Assembly (NCBI GenBank): GCA_028023455.1
Contig: JAQFVV010000003.1
Coordinates: 7,130,001 to 7,194,000, forward strand
Length of the DNA stretch: 64,000 nucleotides
Origin: Epiperipatus broadwayi
Lineage: Eukaryota > Animalia > Onychophora
Direction of reading: 5' to 3'
Shown: positions 14,257-26,316 of the stretch, piece by piece
Position numbering within the stretch: the stretch's first letter is position 1
How the letters are laid out: the number at the start of each line of letters is the position of its first letter
Notes under the pieces: generated by a model
The model's database searches: none
The model's input: the letters and a program-made list of their open reading frames with translations, nothing else
Told to the model about the DNA's origin: nothing
Position numbers and translations under genes: made by a program

Positions 14257-15065
14257 ATGTATTATTCATGAAACTGTCTCTAAATTCAAAGACCACTATT
14301 ATGAAAATGAAAAACAAAGTTGAAGATATAACATATTCCTGTTTAACATTATTTTTATTTTATAAATTTTAGATAAATGCTTCTCATATGACCATGTAAA
14401 AGTTGTATAACATGGACAATGTATTTTCAACCATTGCCATAAATTTCAATTAATCATATCAAGGGTCTTTAACAAATCAATAAAAGTGAAATATCAATAT
14501 CATCTCCATCATAACACTTTTCGTGAATTTGTTTTGAAGCAAAAACAGAATTTATAATGCTTCTTGATTCTCTAAAATCACAATGAGTCTTTACTATCTA
14601 CTCATCTGACAATGAAAGCAATGAATTTACTAAAAATTCTTGAAAGTGTTTCTGCTGTAGTGTATAATTTCTGCATTACTTTTACAAATTGAAATAATTA
14701 ATGCATATTAAAGATCAGATGTATTTTTTAAAAAAAATTTAGAAGCAGTAATTCATTTTATTTATTCTCCTTCAATAATCATCTAATTTAAGCCTAAGTA
14801 GTTAATAGGCATATGGTAGTGTTGTAATTTTATCCACACAGAAAGAATGATGCATATAACCAGCATAAAACTAATGTCCCCAAAATATATATTTACTAGT
14901 CTCATATCAGATCTATATATATGGATGTGATGTAATGTGATGTATTATGGCTTCTCCTTAAACGAAGTCAAGAATATCTCAGCAATTATGCCCAGATAAA
15001 CCTGTTAGCCACTTTATTTTACATTCCCCACTCTAAATTTACCCATAATCTGCTCTATCCCAGTT

Positions 15066-16688
15066 TCACAACATAATCTTTGTCAACTCTATAACCTTTA
15101 TATCTAAATCCCTCTTATCTTTTTCCAAACCCAGCATAAAAACCAATAATTCACTTTCTGTATAATCACTCTTTTCATATTTATTTTTCCACAACTTCAT
15201 TACATGTACCCTTTCTGTTTTCAAAAATTTACATTCAATTAACAAATGCCTAATATTTTCAATTCCTTCCTTACATAATTTACAAAATAAATCACCCATA
15301 TTTTTCCATTTACATGTATATTCTTTTGTAGCTAAAGATCCCATTTGAGCCTTAAACAATAAACTACTTTCCTTACTATTATCATATATTAACTCACACC
15401 TAATATTCTGTTTATTTCTATATATATTTAAACTCTTTTTACTCTCCATACTATTTCTCCATCTCTCTAACTCCCTAGTCTTTATTAATAAATTTATTCT
15501 TTTATCCCATTCCTTACTACTATAACACTCAATAATCCTCTTAACACAATCATCCCATCTTTTGTACAAATATACTGATATAAATTCTTTATCCAAATCT
15601 TTTGCATACTGCATTACCTTTCTCACCCATCTTGTTACCTGCCCTTTACTCATAACCCAATTAAATACTATTTTAGCTATTCTTTTATTATCCATAAACT
15701 GCAATCTACCAAACATTTTCATTTTACTTTTTGCATCTCTCATATGAAAACTTGACCATCCCATTTCTCCTTGAATTGCCTCCCTTGCTGTCCATACTTC
15801 TGCATCCAATGCATGTCTTCCTACTTCCTTTTGAGCTTTTTCTAAATAATCTAATATCTTTTTACTAACATATAATGCATCATTACCATATGTTAACCCT
15901 GCTACTGCAACTCCTTTCCATATAATTCTAGCTACATCATATTTATTATATGAAAATACTGTTAATTTCTTTATCAATCCCTTTCTTTTCTTTGCTTCAT
16001 TTATCAATTTTTTCTCCCATTCATCCAAATAATTTTTCTGATTACTTAAAATAATTCCCAAATAACTATATCTATTCACCACACTTAACTTAATATCTCC
16101 CAATAAAAATTCTACATCTTCTCTTTCCTCAGTATTAACCATCATTATATTTGATTTTTCTTCACTAAATTTAATCCCCATCTCTTTACCCACCCTTGCA
16201 CATGTCCTCAACATAACTTCCATATCTTCTCTTTTTTCTGCACACAAAAATATATCATCTGCAAAAAAAAGACCTGACAAAATATATACTCCCTTACTAC
16301 CTATTAACGGTATCTCTATCCCTCTTCCTAATCTTTCTATTGCTCTTTCCATTTCACTCAAATACAACACAAACAAAATAGGTGACATAGGGTATCTTTG
16401 CCTTAGTCCCACACCATTTTTAACTTTAATTGATTCTATATTCTCTAATTGATATATATAATAATTATTTTCATATAATTTCTTAATAATATCTATTAAA
16501 GCTTCATCCATTCCCAAATTTGCTAAACTTATCCATAATCTATTTCTATTTACTCTATCATATGCCTTATTTATATCTATAAAACTCATATATAACTGTT
16601 TACCTGCATTCCTACTCATATCCATAAGTTGTGTAACTACAAATAAACTATCTCCTATACGCCTATCTAATCTAAAACCTCCTTGCAT
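15066..16688 (-). CDS. Non-LTR reverse transcriptase, C-terminal 540 aa (RT domain plus CCHC zinc knuckle)
   Basis: QGGFR, FIDINKAYDRV, GLRQRYPMSPILF, FFADD, YSYLGI motifs; C-X2-C-X8-H-X4-C (CKLCKEGIENIRHLLIEC). Confidence 0.93.
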   Translation of the reverse strand: MQGGFRLDRRIGDSLFVVTQLMDMSRNAGKQLYMSFIDINKAYDRVNRNRLWISLANLGMDEALIDIIKKLYENNYYIYQLENIESIKVKNGVGLRQRYPMSPILFVLYLSEMERAIERLGRGIEIPLIGSKGVYILSGLFFADDIFLCAEKREDMEVMLRTCARVGKEMGIKFSEEKSNIMMVNTEEREDVEFLLGDIKLSVVNRYSYLGIILSNQKNYLDEWEKKLINEAKKRKGLIKKLTVFSYNKYDVARIIWKGVAVAGLTYGNDALYVSKKILDYLEKAQKEVGRHALDAEVWTAREAIQGEMGWSSFHMRDAKSKMKMFGRLQFMDNKRIAKIVFNWVMSKGQVTRWVRKVMQYAKDLDKEFISVYLYKRWDDCVKRIIECYSSKEWDKRINLLIKTRELERWRNSMESKKSLNIYRNKQNIRCELIYDNSKESSLLFKAQMGSLATKEYTCKWKNMGDLFCKLCKEGIENIRHLLIECKFLKTERVHVMKLWKNKYEKSDYTESELLVFMLGLEKDKRDLDIKVIELTKIML

Positions 16689-17370
16689 TTCCCCCCCCCC
16701 ACTACATTATTCCCTTCCATCCATTTTACAACTTTACTAGCCATCATATATGAGAAAACTTTATATAAAACTGATGTTACCGCTATTGGTCTATAATTAT
16801 TCAACTTTCTATGATCCTTACCCTTTCCTTTAAATAATAACCTTACTCTTGTATTACTCCAACTACTTGGGAAAACTCTATTCTGTGCCATTTTATTAAA
16901 ACAGGATAATAACTTTACTTTTGCCCTATATCCTAAATTCATTACCATCTCTGCTGCCCATCCATCTAAACCTCTTGCCTTCCCACTTTTCAATTTCTTC
17001 TCTACCTCATTTAGTTCATTTTCTGAAAAACTAATATTCCCATTACTATATTCTGTCATATTTTCTAACACTCTATCATTAACATCTAACATCTTTTCTA
17101 TATTCATTACATAACTATTTAAGATTCTCTCTAAATCTTCTCTAGAACTACACTCGGTTCCCTCATCATCTAGTAATACTAACTATCTCTCCCCTACATT
17201 TCTCCTTTTAATATAATTCCAAAATTTTTTACTCCCATCTCTTCCACTTTTATTAATATCCTCCAACAATTTACTATTCAATTTCATTCTCTCTCTATAA
17301 ATATCTATTTTAACCAACTTCTTCTTTTCTAAGTACTTTTCCCATTTAGCATTAATATCTTTTTCACTTT
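16667..17370 (-). pseudogene. N-terminal continuation of the LINE ORF (linker plus RT subdomains 0-1), interrupted by one stop and one frameshift
   Basis: KLKSGKARGLDG, FPSSWSNTRVRLLFKGKG, NYRPIAVTSVLYK; same frame as ORF 17183..17410 across a single TAG; frameshift in the C10 run 16691-16700. Confidence 0.88.
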
Positions 17371-18080
17371 CCATACAGTAGTGCCACTTTGTGCCAACCA
17401 GAGTAATCAATGGATGCCAGCAGGCTTATGCATAAAATCCCCATCTAGTACCTACTCATCCAATATCCCCAAACTAATTTCTGGCTTGGGGTCTTAGTCA
17501 GTGAGGATCTGACAGCACTGCACCTAGATCTTAGGATCTAATGCAATCCTCCAGCAAATAACTTTTATCTCTATTTAACTACAAAACTATGAGAATGAAA
17601 TTGAAACCCCAATAATATTTGCAATCTAAGCTCAATAGCCTATATAGTCATATGGGTCTGAACTCAGTTCCGCACCCATACATTTTGGTATCTGACTCTT
17701 TAACAATCATAGCTACTACTATCCTATTAGGCAGGATTGGTGTTAAACCACTAAACATCACATGATCACCATCTCCTATGCTAGCACATAACTGTTATTA
17801 AACAGACAAAACCTCTCCATAAAGTAGTGCCACCCTATGCCAACCAGAGTAATCAATGAATGCAGTGCTTTCAGATCCAAGGCTCCTTACTGATGAAGGC
17901 CACAAGCCAGAAACTAGTTTGAGGATATTGGATGAGTAGGCACTAGATGGGGATATTATGCACAAGCCTTCTGGCATCCATTGTTTACTCTGGTTGGAAC
18001 AGGTTCTGCACTACTGTATGGAGAGTTTTGCTTGTTTAATAACAGTAATGTGCTAGTATAAGAGATGGTGATCATGTGAT
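17366..18080. mobile_element. Repeat family A copy 2: 1.1 monomers (minus sense) plus inverted arm (plus sense)
   Basis: GTAGTGCC recurs at 17378 and 17823 (445 bp period); inversion at TGCA 17860-17863; degenerate HHR at 17466-17507(-) and intact-core HHR at 17884-17925(+). Confidence 0.88.
17884..17925 (+). ncRNA. Type I hammerhead ribozyme motif (family A)
   Basis: TCCTTA CTGATGA AGGC CACAA GCCA GAAAC TA GTT TGAGGA. Confidence 0.75.
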
Positions 18081-18979
18081 CTATATATCTGTACACACAA
18101 GTTAACTTGGGTTAAAAATCTTGAGTGTTTTTATATTTTAAGTAACGAGCTTGACAGAGTAAATAGAGATGATTGATAGATATATGGGAGCATGTCTACA
18201 TTTTTTTAATGACTAAAACTATTACCCAGAAATTAGTTTGAGGATATAAATAGAACATTATTATTTAGTCTTTATTGGTTACTCAAGCTTATAATAACTC
18301 TAGAGTAAACATAGTGGCATAATGTTGTAGATATTTGAATCACCTGTTTGATAGAATGAGATTACTTCAATCAAAATTATTATGAGAGTCATTTACATTT
18401 TTCTGATGTATTGAGCTCTATGTTTAAACAAGTAGCACTGACTGATTATAATGGTATTTAAGGAATTATATTTTTTCTGCATATAAAAAATCTTATTGAA
18501 TTTTAATTTTAAAATGTTTTGAATTAGATATATTTAATCTATAATATAGCAATAAGGTATATCTTTGAATCAAAAAAAATATTGATAAATTTCAGACTTG
18601 AGAGAGAGATTGTTAGTATTATTAGTATGAATTAATATACAATAATATTTTCTAAAGTATGTGTTATTAAAGGGATGTGTGTAATTTGAATGGATGCAGC
18701 AGCTATTAGATAAATAAGAACAATAACAATATAATGTTGTAAATATGTGTGAACAGCCTGCCATAACTAAATAAAGCTGTTTGATTAAAATACAATATGG
18801 AAGTTGTTTATATTTTTATGATGTCTTTCTCTAAATATTTGGATAAGTATCATTTAAATAATATCCTATCATTTTCAATCTTAAGTTTTTATTTTTAATA
18901 ATAATCAAATAGGGTTTATTTCTCAGGAGTTAATAAAAAAGGTTAAATACCAATTAGATAATTTTATGCTCATTTTTCT

Positions 18980-19045
18980 GATATTTATCATTGCACTAAA
19001 TCACACAGTGAAGATATTTATCATTGCACTAAATCACACAGTGAA
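18980..19045. repeat. Perfect 33-bp tandem duplication
   Basis: GATATTTATCATTGCACTAAATCACACAGTGAA x2. Confidence 0.95.
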
Positions 19046-19969
19046 GAGTATTTCTATCTAGAAGATTTGTGGTTGTAATTAACCACTTAACATTTTAAAA
19101 AAACTTCCAAAATTCATCATAGTGATCACAGTGATTCATCAATAAACTGAGACTATTGATACATAACCAATAATGAAGTTTGAAACTGTAAAAAACAAAA
19201 CATGCATGAACAAAATGCTTTCAATGACAATTCTGCTACAAGAAAGAAATCACATTATTAATTTTCAAAAATACAATTTTTGAATCAACAATAGTATCCT
19301 GACTCTATAATTGAGATTCTTCACACACTTAGATTCCAACCATTATTGATTATTTTTAAACAATCAATGTAACTTAAACATGAACACAACTACTAAATTA
19401 ATCTCTAAGTAGTGTTAGATCTTTCTGTTCAAAATAATAATACTATATATACATTAAATAAAATATTTTCACAAAAACAATAGAAATAAAAGAGCAAATT
19501 CATATAATAATTAAAGTGTCCAGAAATGATGTTACTATAAAACCATCAATTAAGATTGCTAGTTCTAAGCTGAATCACATTCTAATAGCTTTTGTCTGAA
19601 TGAGGAGGGGGGTGGAAGATCCATCTTCTATCTTTAATAAAAATTCAGACCAAAGTTATTGGGAAACAGTAAATTTTAATTGATGGTTGTATAATAACAT
19701 CAGTTCTTGACATTTTTCTCTAATTATTTTATGAATTTATCCATTTATTTTTATTATTTACAAATATATAAATATAGATTTGAAAAAGGAAAAGCTCTGA
19801 GGAAAGTACTTGTTATTGTACTGAAATGTCAGCCATTTAGCTATTATATTTTTATTACATGGAAGCTTCCAGAAATAATACTATGAATTCAAATATTTAT
19901 ATATTAAATACTAGATAATGTTATACTACTAATAATAAAATAAAATAAAAAATTATATAACATTGCAAT

Positions 19970-20295
19970 ACTAACCAAAAAAACTAACCTTTATTCAAAT
20001 TTTTCCACAATCATGGTTTCATCTATCAACAAATAGAAACCATGGTTGTGGAAGGATTTTAGTCAAGTTTAGGATTTTTTCTGGCTAGTATTATAATATT
20101 ATATAAATTTTTATTTTATATATATATAATCATTAAAATCCTAAAGCTAAACTAATCAATAAAATAATCTATGTTACCCAAATTCACAATTAAATCAGAC
20201 TAGCCAAAAAAAATAAATTCTAAAACCCAACCAATAGTTTCATCACTGCTGTGAAAACCATTGCTAGGGTTTTAGAATTTATTTTCTTGGCTAGT
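19970..20295. repeat. Two related fold-back (hairpin) units
   Basis: 19970-20089 and 20199-20295, each ACTA(A/G)CCAAAAAA...TGGCTAGT with internal GTTTCATC...AAACCAT. Confidence 0.7.
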
Positions 20296-20787
20296 TGTGT
20301 ATATGAGTAATTTTGATAGGTAAAGTAAAGCATGGTATTAGTATCCATATTTTTTTCAACAAAGACAAGACTGTCATTATATTATATTTTTATTTATGAT
20401 GGGAGCATTGATGTGCATATGGTCAATCCAGACTAATCTGAAACTTTTATCCTTCAACTAAGAATAGCTAAGAACTTACTTTCTGACTAATGCTGTAGAA
20501 AATCTGGATAACTATGAATCAGTTACTAAACTATATTCTAGATTTGTAGAAAAAAATTAAATTCCATCCAAATTCAATCAACAGATTATATATAGTTAGT
20601 GGAATGTGCTAATCATTACACCAAAATTAAATCCTATATTGAAATAATTAACAAGACAAAAATAACAAAAATTAAAAATAAATATTTCAATTTGATTTTC
20701 AAAAAACTTTTAGAGATGAATTCTATGAAGAATTTAATCTTAATAGCAAATTTGTAATATTGTGATATGGGGCCTATCTATCATGCC

Positions 20788-23759
20788 CAGGTCTGAGGAG
20801 AGGAGGTACAGCTGGTACATTATTCCAGGGACCATGAAAGGGGGGGGGGGATTATTTTTTTTACAAAACCAATTTTTTTGAAATGAAAAACAATATTGGA
20901 TATATATTTCATACTCTATACTTTGTGTATATAGCAAAACCACTTTGTAACTTTGTTTACAATAATCTTTATTAATCTGAATAATCAGTGAATAGTTATG
21001 TAATTTATTGAATTTTAATTTCATTATTTATTTATTTAAGTTTGCAAGTTTAGTTTCATTTCATTTATGAATATATTTTATATTTCATCTCAGTTTATGA
21101 ATGGTTATGAAATGACATCTCAAAAATGTGGAGCTCAAAAATGCAAAAAAAAAAAAAAAAACAGAAATATGATAAGATTATTAAAAAGGAGCAACAAATG
21201 CTTTTTCATTCTGGCATTAAATTCAAAACAAGCAAAAGTAACCAAAACGAAACTTTAAATTCAGAACAATATGAGACAAGAGCAGAAATGAATCAAAAGT
21301 TGAATCTCATGAGATCAGTTTGGTATTCCAATAAACATTAGATCAAGTAAATTGTCAATTTAAAGATTTACAGAAACAATTGAATATTAGTGATGAGAGT
21401 ACTTCATTGTCTACAGAATCTGGGCATGGCAGACATAGTGAAGAGAAGAGCAGGTCAAATACTGGAATTGATATTGAACTTCTCATAACAGAGGTGCCTT
21501 CTCAATTAGATATAGTAAACTATGTTATTAAAGATTATACTGGCTTTCCTAAGATATTTCCCAAAGATATAGATAACCAGTTTTTTCCCCAAAAGTATTC
21601 TAACATTTTGAAGTTTAAAGGATAAAAAAACATGACCAAGATTGGCTTGTCTGGAGTAAAATTAAACAAGTATTATTTGGCTATACTTGTCAATTATTCT
21701 GAAACAAGATTTGTTGCAACATTTAGCTCAGCATCTAAGTCTGTGCTTGTATCATCAACAAAGGGATAATCAGCAGCTAAAAAGTGGTGAAAATTACATA
21801 TTTGCATCTCAGAACATGAGAGAAGCAATAGTCATAGTGAGTGCTATCTGGCTTGGTGAAAACTAGATAGATGCATATCATCTGTCAAAGACATAGACAG
21901 TCTTGGAGGCATCAATTGAAACAGAATCTGTCAAATAGAACAATATTATGAAATGAACCATTGATGTATACTATTCCTTGGTGAATGGGGGCATGCTTTG
22001 TATGGCAGTTTCCGGTGCATTGATGAAAAAGACAATGAAAATTTTCTGGGAGTCATGTTGCAAATTAAAGAGTCACAAGAAAAGGGAGAATAACTTCAAG
22101 TATATTATCTCAGTGCTGTTTCCCAGAATCCAGTTAATTGCTGAATGTTCTTTACTTGTAAAGCAATATATGTTGGAGGACAGGAAAACTGCAAAGTTTT
22201 GCTGTTATTCTTATTTCCTCACCAGATTCATTCCATGTTGAACAAACAACATTTATTTTGCATTATATAATAACAGATGAAAACCAGTATGAAATTGTAA
22301 AAAGATTTTTACAATTTGTTGACATGGGCCATAAAATAGGATATGACATAGTACAGATGATAGTAGAAACATTAAAAGAACATAATTTATCACTATCAGA
22401 TTGTTTGTGCACAGGGCTAAGACAATGCAACTAACATTGCAGTAAATATGAATATGCATAAACAAGAATATATGAGCAATATGAAATAGCTTTATTTTCA
22501 CCATGTGAATACAACAGACTTAATTTGTGTGGAAATGATGCCAAAGAATGCATTTCAGAAGCTAAAACATATTTTGGAACTGTACAAACTGTTTACAAAT
22601 TGTTTAGTTCTAGTCCACAGTGAAGAGAAATCTTGTAGTAGTGTATTGTCTGTTCTCTTTATGGTATGTCTAACACAATGATCAGACCATGTTGAAAGTA
22701 TAAAATCTTTGTAGCCCATCTGCGAGGCATCAAATTAGCATTAGAAAATCTCTTGGAGTTGAACCTAACTGCCAAAACAAGAACAGAAATTAATGGAGCT
22801 TTGTCATATGCCACATCCTTCATTTGTGTGACGACATCTGTTGTATGGTACAGAGTATTAATTCCAGTTGATATCTGTAACATGGTTATTCAGTCCAGAA
22901 AAGCAAAGCTGGATGTTGAAGTGGAAAATCTTCAGAACAGCTGGAAAAGTATGTGGAGAAAAGCTAAACATGTTGCTTCTAGTTTGTGCATAGAAATGAA
23001 ACTCTCTGGAACTTCAGGGTGAAGCAAAGTGCAAAAAAAAGATGAAGTGAATAAATTCCCTGAGGAAGTATATTTCAGAAACGCTGTCTTCTATGTAATA
23101 TTTGATATGTATTGGTGTGTTGACTGTTCATTTCAGTACTGCAGTTAACATTTCTGAGAAGTTCAGCTTCCTCTAAAAGCACCTATTAATTCTACAAGAT
23201 GAACTGAAAAATCAAAATTTCTGGCAGATTGATATCCTAATGGTATCAGTGAAGATCTTGGAATGGAGATAAGTCATTTGCCATCTGTTCAACAAGAAAA
23301 TTTTGAAGAGGATCAACTGAATGCAGAGTGCTCATTCAACAAACTAAAGCTGATAAAAAATTATCTAAGAATGACTATGTCATTATTGAGTTTGATCTTG
23401 AAAAAATGATTGATTTTGGTAATGTGATTCACAATTTTGCCAGAAAAAAGACTAGAAAAGCACCTTTGTTTGGCAGAATATAAATATCATTACATCTCAA
23501 CAATAATAATAACTGTTATGAGCTTGAAATCAACCTAGTAAATTCATTGCTTATGTATATTGTTTCTTATTGTTTATATACTATCATTATTTTTAATATC
23601 TTTTGCAGAAATACCTGTCCTCTTTTTAATACATTTGCAAATATGTTTGAATGTAATTAATATATGTACAATTATGACATTATTGATTTATGTGTTCATG
23701 TGTAGGTGATGGAAGCCATATTAGTCTTCTATCATTTAATAATCATTTTAGTGGCTCTG
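20788..23759 (+). mobile_element. Decayed autonomous hAT transposon (Ac/ZMYM1-like transposase relic)
   Basis: hAT dimerisation motif NAECSFNKLKLIKNYLRMTMS at 23320-23382; ORF fragments 21380..21625 and 22753..23022; CAG...CTG ends with 8-bp TSD ATCATGCC/ATCATACC (7/8); many stops and frameshifts. Confidence 0.8.
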
Positions 23760-24224
23760 ATCATACCTATGAATTGGATTTGATTTCAAACCAAATAAAC
23801 TTGGAAATCTTTTTCAGGAGCCTTAGGTAGCAAACAATAACAATTCAACATTGGTCAGTAAATTATTTATCTAGCTATTTCCTATATACAAGATAACATA
23901 AGAATAGAAACTGCTCATATTCTCACTATCTAAATAAATCACAAATATGGAGATTACTGCTAACTTCTTCACTATTCATTTATTCTGTAGTAGGATATTT
24001 ATAACAGCTATCTTACTTAATCTTTATCCTCATAATATTACACTTATAACATCTGTCTTCCATCTTCACAATTTGAGATTCAAATTTCAGGTAAAATTTA
24101 GGCTGATATGGAGATATCGCCCAGGCAATATTCTTCTATTAATCAGTTTGAAATGCCATTAACTCTCTAGGAACGAAGATGAAAAGTCCTTTCTCCTATA
24201 GTGGTGATTTTGAGATTATAATCG

Positions 24225-24290
24225 AATGGTTAATTGTTCAGGAAGTTTATAAGAAGTACCAGAGCTGGAACTCACACCATGGACCTTGAA
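24225..24290 (-). mobile_element. Fragment of a probable tRNA-derived SINE
   Basis: Minus strand GTTCCAGCTCTGGTACTTC...ATAAACTTCC matches the copy at 25698-25812. Confidence 0.45.
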
Positions 24291-24504
24291 CATTTTTCTC
24301 TTCACTTATATTACTCAATATAATTAAAAACTCATTTCAAATAGAAAAATGGAAAATCTAATTTTTAAAAAAATATTGATCTTTTTTTTTTAATTTCAAA
24401 AGTAATTATTAAAATATCAATTATTCAAAAAGTCAATAACAGTAACTATCAAGAGCTACAAATTAATTTGCGTTTTTTAATGATTTTAAAAATTATATAT
24501 AACC

Positions 24505-25045
24505 ATTTGAATTATATAGGGGGTTTGAAAGACTTTCACACGACCCTCAACCATCCATGCTACCTCATACCGCTGATGCATTTGATTACACACATGTCGA
24601 AAAGATAAATAATCACCAATACGCGTATTTTGTGCTAAACCAGTATTCATCAGTTGGTCCAGCTTATCATCTCCACACATATATACAATCAAAGTTCAGC
24701 TTATATTAAGATAACCAATCTTCATACTTTAATGGACAGGCTTCAAATTGCTCCTCCTCACAACTCTTCAGCCATCCATTTCATTGAAAATCTGATGATG
24801 GAAACATTCAAAGCCCACCTTAGTGCCAACCTTCTCATTCTACCCATGTTGCCCACAAGTCACTCTGACTCCTCATGTACAGAACAAAATCCATTTACAT
24901 ACATATATGAGGGATGGGCAGACTTTAAAGCACTATATTTTGAAATATGGTTTTTTTTCTACAGTACAGGTTTTTTCATACCTGCACTTATATATGTAAT
25001 ATATAGGGGCTTTAAAATCAGACTTTCACATGATCCTCAAGTAAT
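24505..25045 (-). mobile_element. Repeat family B copy 1 (HHR-bearing), about 1.1 monomers, 490 bp period
   Basis: GACTTTCACA at 24531 and 25021; HHR-like motif 24615-24658(-) with GAAA mutated to AAAA. Confidence 0.82.
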
Positions 25046-25195
25046 TGTATTATTAAAAATCATATTAAATAACACAAAATCTTGGAATAAAATGTTTATT
25101 TTTTTTTGTAAACAATCGATTAAGGATTAGCTAATCATTAAGATATAACATGATAGAGGTTTTTCACTTCTAAGCTTTTACTAGGCAAGTAGAAT

Positions 25196-25411
25196 ATAAA
25201 CCACTAAGAATCACATGATCACCATTTCTTGTGCTTATACAAGCTGTTTTCATAGAGGCTAAACTCTCCATACAGTGGCGCCACCAGTGCAATCTGGCGT
25301 AATCAATGGATGCAAACTGGTCTGGGGATATTGGATGAGTAGGCAATAGATAGGGATTTTATGCATAAACTTTCTTGCATTCATTGATTACTTATGCAGT
25401 GGAAGAGTGGC
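25196..25411. mobile_element. Repeat family A copy 3: short tail-out inverted fragment
   Basis: 25196-25314 minus sense, 25313-25411 plus sense beginning at the 3' half of the HHR (AACTGGTCTGGGGA). Confidence 0.8.
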
Positions 25412-25697
25412 AGATTCTGAAGCTCATCATCCATAGATTGTAATTCAGCTATGTCACTTCTGGTGCTCGAAATCCCAAGCAATAAACATTCAATTTTTTT
25501 TAAACAAATAAAATCTGGGAATAAGGCAAGATGTGAAAATATCTTTTTTGTTTTCCAAAAAAATGTATTACTACAATATAAAAATACAAAAGACAATTTT
25601 GGATTTTTCTTTTCTCCAGTTTATTACAATTTTTTTTTATCATTTGCTATTAGAAGCAGATATTTTCTATTTTTACTCTAATCCAAAGCCATGCACT

Positions 25698-25812
25698 GCA
25701 TAGTTTAGTACAGTGGTAGGATGATAGACTTAGGTTCATAGATTGTGGTCCAGCTCTGTTACTTCCAATGCTCGAACATTTTATGAACTTCCGAGTAATA
25801 AATCATTTAACT
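25698..25812 (+). mobile_element. Probable tRNA-derived SINE head
   Basis: A-box-like TAGTACAGTGGTAG at 25706, degenerate B-box-like GGTCCAGCTC, second copy at 24225-24290. Confidence 0.5.
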
Positions 25813-26316
25813 CTTTTATTTCTGGTAAATGAATGTCAAATGACTTTCTAAATAATGAACTATTTGATTATTTTATACTATAAATTAATGTAGGAAATGT
25901 TACAGATACAATTATTATTATTATTAAAATGCCATCAAGCCAATGTCAACACCTAGTATTTTTTCCAGAGTAATGTATCATATTTAATTTTTAAGATTTC
26001 TAAACAACCCATTCATTATTCTGATAATAAAGATCATTTACTTCATTGCTGGACAGATTTTCCTTTTTCATCAATAATATTCCGAAGCATTACATATTTT
26101 GTAATGAAGTGGATCATTCAGATGGTTTAAATAAAAGATTAATTTTTTTTCCAATATCTTATTGTATTTTCAATAAATATTTACATTGTTATTTTTTAAA
26201 CATAATTACAATACTAAATAAAAGATCTTAACAATAAAACTAGCAAATAACAGAAAAATGAAACGGTGACTGGAAAATAGGGGTTTGTATTAAATAACAC
26301 ATCACATGATTTTTCC

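Larger units (their letters stand above)
14921..17370 (-). mobile_element. 5'-truncated non-LTR retrotransposon (LINE), young copy; clade not assigned
   Basis: RT ORF, short 3' UTR and (ACATC/ACATT)n tail at 14921-14945; no endonuclease domain present. Confidence 0.93.

Noticed and set aside
23060-23088. HHR-like CTGAGGA...GAAAC GCT GTC
   Set aside because: No stem I pairing, poor stem II, and it lies in hAT transposase coding sequence (PEEVYFRNAVF).
24792-24805. CTGATGA TG GAAAC on the antisense strand of family B
   Set aside because: No room for stem II and not conserved in the copy at 61365.
24486-25130. ORFs 24486..24692, 24654..25130 and 28336..28551 as genes
   Set aside because: They lie within family B repeats; frames are broken between copies and no domain is recognisable.
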